A stretch of DNA of 58,480 bases, the filler included, from Sphacelaria rigidula (lineage: Eukaryota), in the NCBI GenBank assembly GCA_964200075.2. It is 6 parts of 6 records of this genome, joined end to end, with 100 filler letters (N's around TTAATTAATTAA, not from the genome) between each part and the next. Parts side by side here need not be neighbours in the genome. Positions count along the whole stretch, not along the records: positions 48,819 to 58,480 come from CAXNAA020008008.1; 5 more parts are not named here. One strand, 5' to 3'. Of this stretch, positions 48,819 through 58,480 are shown piece after piece (position 1 is the first letter of the stretch; each line of letters starts with the position of its first letter). The notes beneath the pieces are model-generated. The model was not told the origin of the DNA, did not search any database, and worked only from the letters and a program-made list of their open reading frames with translations. Made by a program: the position numbers and the translations under genes.

Positions 48819-49600
48819 GCTTCGCGCTTGGTGATTGAGTACGAGCCTGGTCCGGCGAAAACCCGGCGTGCTCCGTCCCGGCTTTTGTGATTCGTTACGG
48901 TTTCACATATGGTTCACTGGTTATATTGTATGGGTTACTTGTGCGGCTGGCGACGTTATTGGGTCATCGCCATCGGGACCACCATGGTACGCACATGACC
49001 CTTTCGCCCCTCACCCCCTACCTCATTTTGTCCCTCTCGTCCAACTCCTACCTCGTACCTCATACAGTCCAGTTCAGTACGCAGTATTCATATTTATTGA
49101 TTTTTTGGTTGATTGATTGATTAATTGATTGATTGATTGATTGATAATCGCGCATTAATTGACCTCCGAGGGAATGAGCTATGGTCATTATCCACGGGAT
49201 AGACGTCGCCAAGGTAGACAAAACGGAAACGCTGGCTAAACAACACTCGAGAGACGGGGGATACGACGAAAGGTAGCTGGAACGAACGGAAGTAACTGAT
49301 GGAATATGACCACATAATATTACCCATGAACGTGATTACCGGGACTGCGACGTGTTCCCGCCGCTATGATAACCGTGCCACCCACTTTCTCCCACATTCA
49401 AAATTGGATCGACACGAAAGCGTCGAGCGTTGTGCAACCTTCGAATCATGGACAAGCCCTTGGCCCATGTGAAATTTCCTTCGGAAACTTGACTTGACTT
49501 GGCGAATACCGTTGCAGCAAAGATTCCAAGTATCAGCAGTACATAAAGCGGGTTCAAGGCAAACAGTAAAAAGGGCCGCTCTCTCCAAATATAACATCAC

Positions 49601-49654
49601 CTGGGGAAGCTGTTGATCTTCTGGCCCTGCTTCAGGTTGCGGAAAGCGTGCAAC
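49601..49654 (-). CDS. TTLL4/5-like tubulin polyglutamylase, exon 4 (start of the TTL domain; the gene probably continues off the contig)
   Basis: cag|G TTG CAC... gives LHAFRNLKQGQKINSFP(R)|gtgatg, matching the TTLL QKxNHFPR motif. Confidence 0.85.
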
Positions 49655-49853
49655 CTGATGCCAGAGTTTGCAGCCAGGGAGAAGGTCAGAGTGCAGCGCG
49701 CGGTCGAAGCCCTGAATGCGTGCATGTCTACCCTCAAAACCAAGTGAGGTTGCCGAAGAATACGGCGTATACGACTTTCGGGTATCGCCCATTCTAGATC
49801 ATTCATGAGCTGCATCACCCATTCGAGGACAGATCTTGAAACTGCTGGCTTGC

Positions 49854-50911
49854 CTGAGATGTTGCGAAGACCATAGTATGCGCCACTGAGCAGCTCCCAC
49901 TCGTCTGCCCTGTCGACCCCGCCCTAGTCGCCGGGGACCTTTCCCGTCTTCTCTCCTGAATCCGTGAGCTTCCAGAGTTGCCAAGACGAGTCTGGGCACA
50001 GAGCCCACGATCTTGAACGTCGGTCGCGCGGGCGGTGCCGTTTTTCCCTTCGCCCTCACCCTCCGACAAGGTTCGCACATGCAATCCGCAACGTGGTGGA
50101 GCGTAGGACACGATGACGGCCATAGCAGTGAAGGCCGGATAGTACCAGAGTGGGGAGAACGACTGGAAGAAGGGACGCTAATTGAGGCAGCCGTTTTGGG
50201 CTGAGTTCCCGCCTTTCCTTTGCGTTTGGTGCAATTGCTGTCTCCGGCACCACTATTGTTGCTTGTGTTCTTGGCGAGGTTGCTTCCCTCGGTGACGACA
50301 TTACTGTTGCCTTTGTTGTCGTCGACAGTATCATCATTGGCGACATTTTCGTCGCTCACGGCGGAGTTAGCGCTGTTCTCCACAGGAGAGGGGAGGGTTC
50401 TTCGTCGACGTCTAGCTGATGCAGCAGGCTGTAGAAACTCGGTGGAGCGATAGAGAATGCTCTTACTCTCCTCGTGCTCTGGTTCGGCTCGCGCCCGGGG
50501 GGTCGCTGTCGTAGTGTGGTGCGCGTCTGTCGTTTTTGATGCTTGCTCTTCATGTTGCCCTCGGTGAGATTTGTGTGTATCGCTTGGGTGAGCTACTGTC
50601 GTGGAGCGTCTGTCATCCGACGCCTGCCTCTGCGAGCGGTCACCACGATGATTATGGTCGTTTTGGAGACTTTCCTGTTCTGGTATCACCACAGGAAAAT
50701 CTCCTACCCCGCTACATTTGTCTTCGTCTATTTTCATACGGCTCGGTCGTTGCAGGCTGTGTTCCGCTCTAGGGGGCGACAGCTTTGGTGGCATATTGGT
50801 AGGCTCGTGCTCGCGTTGTATCGATGGGTGCGAGGGACTCGCTGGTCGATTCCACCGTCGACTGCGAGCAGGTCTCTTCTGCGGAAGCTCTTCGCGTATG
50901 ACCGGGCGGAA
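49854..50911 (-). CDS. TTLL4/5-like tubulin polyglutamylase, exon 3
   Basis: cacag|FRPVIREELP, a disordered stretch, then PTFKIVGSVPRLVLATLEAHGFRRE...WRILWSSQHL(R). The L..HGF...W.ILW motif precedes the TTL domain in TTLL4/5. The donor is AG|gcaagc. Confidence 0.85.
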
Positions 50912-51164
50912 CTGTGGCGGCGTTCAAACGTGTTGTTGCTTAGAAGTGCACATTGTGACGCAGAGAGGGCACGATGGTTCGTGGGCGCGAGACAATCGTT
51001 GGCGTGTGTATCCGCCAGGTCCCAACGCGAACGATCGGATCGATCGCGACGTAAGACGAATAAGACGGGGTTCACAATTTTCTGATGGATTTCTCAGTGA
51101 GAAGAAGCCTTAGAAACCTTCATAATCATCGAAATATTTTAGGGGGGGGGAATGCAAATGCACC

Positions 51165-51374
51165 CTCCGGCCGTAATGTATGGCCTCGCTCATCCGAAAT
51201 GAATCATTTCGCGATTTCTTAAACCCCACGTTTGTCCCGTGCAATTTCAACCTCCGTTCGTTCCTGTACAAAAATGTCGTTCCCAATTTCTGGAATCCTC
51301 CGTGAACACGGATTTTACAAATTGCGAGTTGATACCTGTTTGAGGGTGAGCGAGGCCACACATTACGACCGGAG
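51165..51374. mobile_element. Intronic MITE with ~31-bp TIRs (mariner/Stowaway-like CCCTCCG end)
   Basis: ctccggccgtaatgtatggcctcgctcatcc pairs with gggtgagcgaggccacacattacgaccggag (28/31 match). Confidence 0.8.
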
Positions 51375-51680
51375 AGATCATTCGCATTGTTTTTCGGGAA
51401 AAGTTCGAGGCTTTTGAATATTTCCATATTTCGTCCTCAAAAAACAGTCCATACGCAATTTGTTAAACCCCGTGTTGGATGCCGGACACAGGCGTGGCGC
51501 ACGTGTTGGGATAGTTCTCTAGTGTACAGCTTACCGGATTACATCACAGATGTGCACAAACGAAGTTGCACGTAGCATGTATCAGCCAGCGCAACCTTTC
51601 TTTACATAGTCGACCAAGAGAACGCCATGGCTTTTTACGAAAAACGATGTTAATTGAAAAGAACACAGCGGTGAACTTAC

Positions 51681-52500
51681 CCGAATCAAGCTGGGTCTGT
51701 TTTTGTTGTGATCCTTCTCAACAGACGCAGAGGGCGTAATAGAGGGTATGACGTAGGGAACGTCCGAGGCAAATCTGCTCCAGTCCGCGCTCTCTCCCCC
51801 CAGAATGCGCGTGACCACGGCGATTTTTTCAGCGCTGGCCAGCATCGTAGTCGACGCTTTTCCAATTCTTGACGACGAACCCACCCTCCCCGTATGTAAG
51901 GGGTCAGGTTCGCTAACGTAGCTCGATCGCACGCGCTTAAGATCATCTTGCCCCCCCGCCTCGCTAGTTATTTCGCTCTGGTGACAGTATCCTCCTACTT
52001 CGTCGTTAGCCGTTCTCACGCAAGCGGAGGAGGTCGGCGTGCTGTGCCCTTTGTCTGCTGATTGACACTCCACTGAGTCCACGGGCCATCCCCGTACTGA
52101 GCTCGTGCCGGCTGGCCGATGCTCTTCCAGAGGTTGCTGGTGGTTATGATATAAGTTGCCGATGCACGACGGCGCCGTACCAGAATCCCGGCCTGGTGGT
52201 CTTTGACCGTCACCATGATCCGTTCGCCTTGGCTCCTGGCCTGACTGGCTTCTCATCTCTGAAATCTTGCGGGCACATGCCCTTGCATCGCGCCTTGAGC
52301 ATCGTCGTTGCGACTCTCGCACGTGATCGCTGCTCGCAAGGGAGCTACCACCGCCATATCGACGTTTTCCGAAATCATGTCCGAAGCCGCCGGATGAGCC
52401 GCCGTCGAAACTGGTCATGTCACTAGCACGAGGCTTTCGACGTTTTCTGCAACCGATGGGAGCGGGTGGAGGACCACCGATGTGACCTGTACTTTGTGTC
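51681..52500 (-). CDS. TTLL4/5-like gene, exon 2 (disordered N-terminal region)
   Basis: Lies within the 339-aa ORF. The strong donor CGG|gtaagt is in phase with exon 3. Acceptor aaacag ends at 52501; alternatively the gene starts at ATG 52418. Confidence 0.7.
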
Positions 52501-53485
52501 CTGTTTTGGCACGTGATGGGTGGTAGCGACGGGAGCCTTCCGGTACGACGCCATGCAAACAGTATTATCTGTTCCTCAATAGCTGACTGCAACACAACCA
52601 CACTATTGGAGCAATTCTGACATTAAAACGGCGTTATTCACATCTATATAACAACACACGAATCTCCCCACCGAGAGCTGGAGGGAGAAGAGACTACGCG
52701 GCCGCTAGGATGATACTCGGAACTTAACTTGAATGCGGCTTGAGGCAGGCATCAACGTTTTCTGCGTATTTCGTTTTTTTTTATTGCTTGACAAAAACAA
52801 AACATGTGCTACTTAACCATCGCTTACCTGCGCCGAACTGGGGTGAACCCACCTCATACTGACAGTACTGTAGCTTCGCCGCTGACGGCACTCGAAGTTC
52901 AGTACAATTGTCCTGATTTCTATGCATGTCTACTGTACATGTTTACCGCATGGAATGAACATACACTGAGTGAACGAGAACAGAATGTGGACATTGTGCG
53001 ACCACAATACAGTAAGGTGCCCCGAAGCACACATACAATACGAGGTGGGTCTATGCGACGTCGCCTTCAAAGCAATTCATGGATGACACACTTCGGAACA
53101 GCTGGACTCTAAGCCTAGCTGTCATCTACATTCTATTCCTAACCCTGATTCCACGCCAACCAAAACTCCTTGGGTAAGGGGGTTCGTTCCACAAAGCGCA
53201 TTGCGCACTTGCATCGGCGAAGCTCAGATTGGCACCTGCGGCGCGAATCTCTGCCGTGCTGCTGCGCATGCTGGAGATCGGGCACTTCAGACTGTCAGCC
53301 ACTTGACAATTCGAATCCCGGCGTCGACCCTAACTCCTGGTAGGACAACCATGGCTTGTATTGACGGCGAAGTCGCCCAACCCCACTGGCACGTACCGTT
53401 CATTCGTCTTAATGTTTATCATCGACTAAAACCTACTTCAAGAAGGGCGAACGGAAGGGGTCATCATGTGGGGGCTTATTCTGAC

Positions 53486-53592
53486 CTGTTCAATCTGACT
53501 GGGCGGAGTAGATCGGCGTGGATTGTGGGTCTTGATCTCAGGTGCGGCAGAACAGGTACGCCACCGGCATTTTTCTTCATCCCCAAGGTCAT
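53486..53592 (-). CDS. TTLL4/5-like gene, candidate first coding exon
   Basis: MTLGMKKNAGGVPVLPHLRSRPTIHADLLRPVRLN(R)|gtcaga. Phase 2 matches exon 2. Confidence 0.45.
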
Positions 53593-54067
53593 ATTTGTAT
53601 GCAATAAGTCGAATGACGACCGATGCAGGGGGCAGTCAGCGCCAGGGACCTGCTTCGCATCCGGCGGCACTACATGAGCTTGTCAACTTCCTGGATCCCT
53701 GTCATGATGCTCTGTTAATCCTGGAACAGAGTGGTCATATTATACAGCACGGTACAGTGCTTTCTCATGCCAGCGCTGCACACGCATGCTACATATGGCA
53801 TGTCGGATCGTCCGCACCGCACAATATGTCCAGTACAAATATTAGACAGTACAGCACAGGCAGATGGCAGAGGCAGTCAGACAACAGTATGGTGTTGCAC
53901 TGTGAAAGGTACATGAAAATTGACGGATCCATGAGTACCTACCGATGCGGTGCAGTTGTTTACGCTACAAACTGTAACCGTCAAAAAAGTAAAAATGCAA
54001 AGCGCTGGATGCGGGACAATCAATGCCTTGCGTTGGCGTACATCCGCGCCATTAACCTAATCTTGCG

Positions 54068-54250
54068 ATGAAGCGAATTCGACGTCGAACCGTCGTTACG
54101 TGGCCTTCTTCAAGGCGACTGAGCGGGGATGTGAGGTTTGCGATATCCCATGTGCTGCTTCTCGCCATGATAGTGTCTGCCTGTCTCTTGCCGTCACATG
54201 GCGAGGCAATTCGAGCATTCCGTCTCACCACCTCTACAGCGATCCCACAG
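54068..54250 (+). CDS. Small putative secretory-pathway membrane protein, exon 1
   Basis: Basic N-terminus, then hydrophobic FAISHVLLLAMIVSACLL and HGEA. Donor cag|gttggt, phase 0. Confidence 0.55.
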
Positions 54251-55479
54251 GTTGGTTGCCTCTTGGTTCGGTTTATTATTGATGCTTTTTCTGCGCGCGG
54301 GGGGGGGGGAGTTACGAGAAATTATTATGTCTTTCAGTCTTCGCCATGCTTGGCGTGTCCGAGCAAGGTTACGATATATTGAAGCGCGCACTACTCGTTG
54401 CGGCGAGACTCTTTTGTGCAAGGAAGCAGCTCAGACTCCGTTTCCCCTTCCCCCCGCTCCCAAATATTGTTTAGTCTTGCGTACGTCTACGTACTTGGCG
54501 TTTCGTTTCAGGATTGAGGGATGTTTGGACTCGGTCATCTCGGTCCCCAACACTGTCACTCTCCTTCGTTCCCACAGCTTTGTGCTTTGAAAGAGACTGT
54601 GCTATCATTCTGTGTTGGCCGAATATGCGCTTGTGAAAACCATCTTCTTTCTTCGTCTGCTGCGGAAGCATGTGGTCTAGCAACCACGGTGCAAATCTGC
54701 TATACAGTACTGTCCAGTGCGACGGCAGTCGGTTTGTACCTGAAGACAGCGCACAATACGGGCCTTTCCAACAACTCTAACCCCGCATCCACGACATGAA
54801 CCCCTCGAGGGCGTTGTCATGGTATACGCTAGTGTCTGTGTCTTTTAAGGGTATGAATTTACGCTGGTGGTATATAAATCTCCGCTTCCTCATTCAGGCT
54901 ATGTGCGCTGGTGGCATGCACATCTCAGCTATTAATAACTCTACGGCCGAAGCTCGTAAGAGTAGGGTAGTGCATGCACTATGCCAAGTTGACTGGGGGG
55001 TTTAGTGGATCGAATCCCCACTCTGCCTTGAGCAATGCTTGCGAACGCTCGAGGCGTCTACTCCACATGACTGCCATGAGATAGTCTAGCCAAGCCTCCG
55101 GGTAATCGGCACGCGAACCCGTTTGCGGGGTAAGTGTTAGGTTAGGTTTCCTCCTCCCTTCGAGGGGAAAAAAACTCAGCTCCCTGCGCTTGTAGCTGCA
55201 CGTCTGGGTCATTTGCGCCAACAGAGTGTACGCCTGAGCTCAGCTGCTCTGATAGAGTGTGGGTGGCACTTCTGGACCTCAACCTTCTGGAAAATCAAGG
55301 TCCTGTATTCACAGTGGGATACCCCTTCCACCGAGCTACTCTCCGGGATATTGATTCTAGGACCCATTTTTTCGGTGACATGGCGGTCGCTTTTCGAGGA
55401 AATCGATGGGGGAAAGCTGATGAGTACCCGAGGGGGGGGGCGGAATTTACTCCAGTACGTACGCCATTATGTTACAAAG

Positions 55480-55831
55480 TAGGACGGGTGTGTGCACATG
55501 TATCAACGGACCACATCACAGACAGTAACACGCTCCCACACCAGAATCGGAAGCCATGTGGTAGGGGGCTATCGCTTGGTTTTCTTTTTCGGAACCGGTG
55601 GGAGATCTTCACCTGGTGTTTTTCTTGTTTCCGCCAATCGCTTGCGTTGCCCTCCTTCTTGTCGTTTTTTTTGTTTTCATTGCGTTCTGTTTCTTATTTC
55701 TTTTCCATCTCCTCCTTCCTTGATTTCCTCAGCGAGGGTTTCGTTTCATGATCCTTTGTGATGTCTACCACGGCTTGACTCGTAATTAATAATTCAACAT
55801 GTCGCAGTAAATCAATCGACTGATCAATCAA
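55480..55831 (+). repeat. (CAAT)n-tailed retroposon 3' remnant inside an intron
   Basis: A pyrimidine-rich stretch ending aatcaatcgactgatcaatcaa, the same architecture as the other CAAT-tailed copies. Confidence 0.45.
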
Positions 55832-56004
55832 TACTGTACCACGAATCGAAATGCCATACAGTTGTAGCATCACCAGCTTTCACGCGGTCAACCAATCACA
55901 TGTAAACAGAAAAACTGGGCCGCCACCATTTTCTCCGTACAAAACCAAAACCCCACCGCTGCACTACATGTAATGTACATCCGTCACCGTGTGCTAAAAC
56001 ACAG

Positions 56005-56256
56005 AAGATATCCCAGGGGACACGATGGCACGAAGAAGGGCAGGGCTTGCTGGATCATACTGTCTCCAAGAATGCGGCAGAGGAATCTTTGAAAGAACCC
56101 GGCGGTACAAGGATTGACAAGCGTGTTGTAGATAGCGGGGGAGCGCTGCGGTTCGGAGAGACCAATGCAGCGCCTCATCAACATCCGTGGTTGGCCACAA
56201 TCATGTCCTTGTCGTTCCTCATTGGCATAATCGTGTTTATACTTTTCCGCGTGTGA
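56005..56256 (+). CDS. Small putative membrane protein, exon 2 (C-terminal TM helix)
   Basis: gctaa...acag|KISQGTRWHEEGQGLLDH...WLATIMSLSFLIGIIVFILFRV*. Phase 0. The joined product is 144 aa. Confidence 0.6.
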   Translation, partial: KISQGTRWHEEGQGLLDHTVSKNAAEESLKEPGGTRIDKRVVDSGGALRFGETNAAPHQHPWLATIMSLSFLIGIIVFILFRV

Positions 56257-56766
56257 TGGGGAATGAGTGGTCCCATCCATGCCACTGTAGTCCCAGCCGA
56301 CCCAGTAAATCCCCTTCAATATGTAGAGGTTAAAGCGCGGTATCCATGTTGACGACCCTTGTGGAAGTGACGACGTAGACCTATCTTGTCGATCGCCGTA
56401 GAGCGTTTTCAAGAGTTGCGTGAATAAATGGCTGGTTGTAGCAGCTATACATACGTAGCCACTCGCTTACGAACGTACAAAACCAATGAGGCAACAATAG
56501 AACTCGAACGCAGGGCGTGTGCACCATCTATCTATTTGAATTCTGCTTGGCTGCTTTGAATTACAATCCAAGGCTTCAGTTGGTATGTCTCGCTACCTCG
56601 CTTCCTGCGTATTTTGCTGCTCTCGGGCGGCTGAAAACATGTTTCGGGTCCTTGCTATACCATGATTCGGACCGCCACAAATCTATTCGACTTGAAGTCG
56701 TCCGGTTGATGAGGTGTGTGTAAAGAGTGAAACACAATTAGTGCGGGGTTGCACGATCGGTGGTAG

Positions 56767-58230
56767 CTAGGACGGTGGGCGCAGATGTCGTTCATGGAAA
56801 AACGTAGTGACCATTATCTGTCGGTTTTGCTCAAAAGGTTGGGGAATTCGCGTTGATCTACGGTAGGTGTATGTAGCCTGACATGGACGTTCTGCAGAAG
56901 GAGGTCCAGAGCACAGTACAGTGCAAGCGGCTTTGCGGGGAGGTCGTTCAACATAGCTCGGCGACGTGATACTTGCGACGGCAGCTACCTCCACTAAAAT
57001 GAAAGCCTCAGTTAGAGCTATCAAAGCCTACCGTAGTTAATGTATCCCTCGGTCGGGTGCGGCGCGACACGTACACGGGATGACCGAGAGTTTGGTCGGT
57101 TGTCTTGAAGGCAGCCAAGTTTGGGCACAGTATACGGATATTTATACATACATATATTGTGACTTCCAAAACATATTATTTGGTTACTGTCTGAGCTACC
57201 AGAAACAGACTAGGCAACCCGCAAGTAAGTATTCGCCATCTGGCATCACATAGAAATGTGACTCAACTGTATCCTTGTGTCGAGTAAGCAGTATATCCGG
57301 GCAATAATCTTCGTTGAAAAACAAGAACAGGAAGCACTATTCTAACATGAAAACTTCAGCATCGCCAAATGCAATACTATTGAATACAACAAGGCATCCC
57401 ACCTTCATCCTACTCGTAATATAGATATGTTTGCGCTGGACCATACGCTGGGCGAAGTCCATGGTGTCGGAGGTACTGTATTTGCATAATCGGTCGCCGG
57501 GTTGGATGTTCGGTGGGTCTTGTTGCTGCTCGGTATCGTTGCTACGGTCCGCTATGATGTAGACGCAGCGTTGTTCAGCCTTTGGAAGTATCGGGGTAAC
57601 CTGTACAGGGTGGGAGACTGGTTGCCGTCCCGCTGTCGCCCCTGGGCCTGTAGAAAAATTGTGAGTTTCTCGCGTAATCGTCGCTTTTGTTTTACGGAGG
57701 TGAAACCGATCGAAATGTCCGAGTCTGCGATACGGTTTTACACGAAGGTTGTCGAAAGTGTGTGTGGCACCGACGGTCGTGTGGGCAGGAGTTCCGCATT
57801 GTAGATGTTGTCGTGCGCCTATTTTGAGTGGTGGTGGACATCAAATATGACGGGAAAGTATACTCCTGTGCGTGTTTCAAAGTGTCATACTGGAGGCAGT
57901 GCTGTCATCGAACATTCCATTACCAACAAATTTTCCGCCAGATTGAGTGCCCAGAATTCGATTGAGAGAGTGAGAACCATGAGAATCAGATATCTTATTC
58001 CATTAATCGAGTGACGTTTCTCTGGTAATACTGCGCCAACCCAGTCGAGTAGCGACTTGAATGAAATCCGATGTATATTATATTGTTGGCCTTGTCAATC
58101 AGCACGAATCTCAAACCCCAGCTTTCCAGAAATGGTTGATTAATGCCTGAAGCAGTTTCACGGCCGAAATTCTCCCCCTCGCACGCTTCCCGTAGTAGCT
58201 TGCCACGAACGCCTCTGATATCCCTGATTA
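56767..58230 (-). CDS. Possible 3' exons of another host gene, product unknown
   Basis: AG-bounded open segments near 58230 (ISEAFVASYYGKRARGRISAVKLLQALINHFWKAG), 57818, 57647 and 56993. The exon chain is ambiguous. Confidence 0.3.
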
Positions 58231-58391
58231 GGATATCGATGTGTAGATGTAAGTGCACATTGTTATGGTCAAAACATACACACTCAAGTTGCAATATTGG
58301 CCGAGAGCGAAAAATATAGCTCAGCATCAACTAAATGCTAGACGCTTAATCTGGCGAGAAAGTTGTTTCCCATGGAGAGTGATGCCACGGT

Positions 58392-58423
<32 letters not shown>

Positions 58424-58480
58424 GGGGTTGTATTGTTGGTCTCGGGTTCTGGGTTTGGTGCGGCAGGCGGGCGTTGTACC

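Noticed and set aside
48819..48885. Next TTLL exon (the minus strand reads PGSYSITKRE, similar to SYELTRKD)
   Set aside because: The splice phase does not fit, and the sequence is a dispersed repeat also present at about 33760-33825 and 27995-28030.

Overview
Eukaryotic, intron-rich, repeat-dense DNA of roughly 50% GC. The gene architecture and repeats suggest a brown alga or other stramenopile (inference). The window is not contiguous. It is six separate contigs of 9665, 9664, 9664, 9663, 9662 and 9662 bp, in descending size order, joined by artificial 100-nt spacers (N44-TTAATTAATTAA-N44), so adjacency across spacers means nothing. Contig 1 holds a decayed Ty1/copia retrotransposon (RT, truncated RNase H, probable 3' LTR). 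Contig 2 holds three exons of an ABC1/UbiB atypical kinase. Contig 4 holds a phase-consistent 12-exon partial gene for an unidentified coiled-coil protein. Contig 6 holds the 5' part of a TTLL4/5-like tubulin polyglutamylase with a GC-AG intron, head-to-head with a small two-exon gene for a putative membrane protein. The rest is many non-autonomous elements: two tRNA-derived SINE families, LINE 3' fragments, (CAAT)n-tailed retroposon ends, MITEs with Sola-, piggyBac- and mariner-like termini, and foldback hairpins. Most ORFs in the six-frame track are spurious. I found no CRISPR array, intact RNA gene or prokaryote-type system. The best novelty candidates are the orphan genes and the unclassified transposon families.
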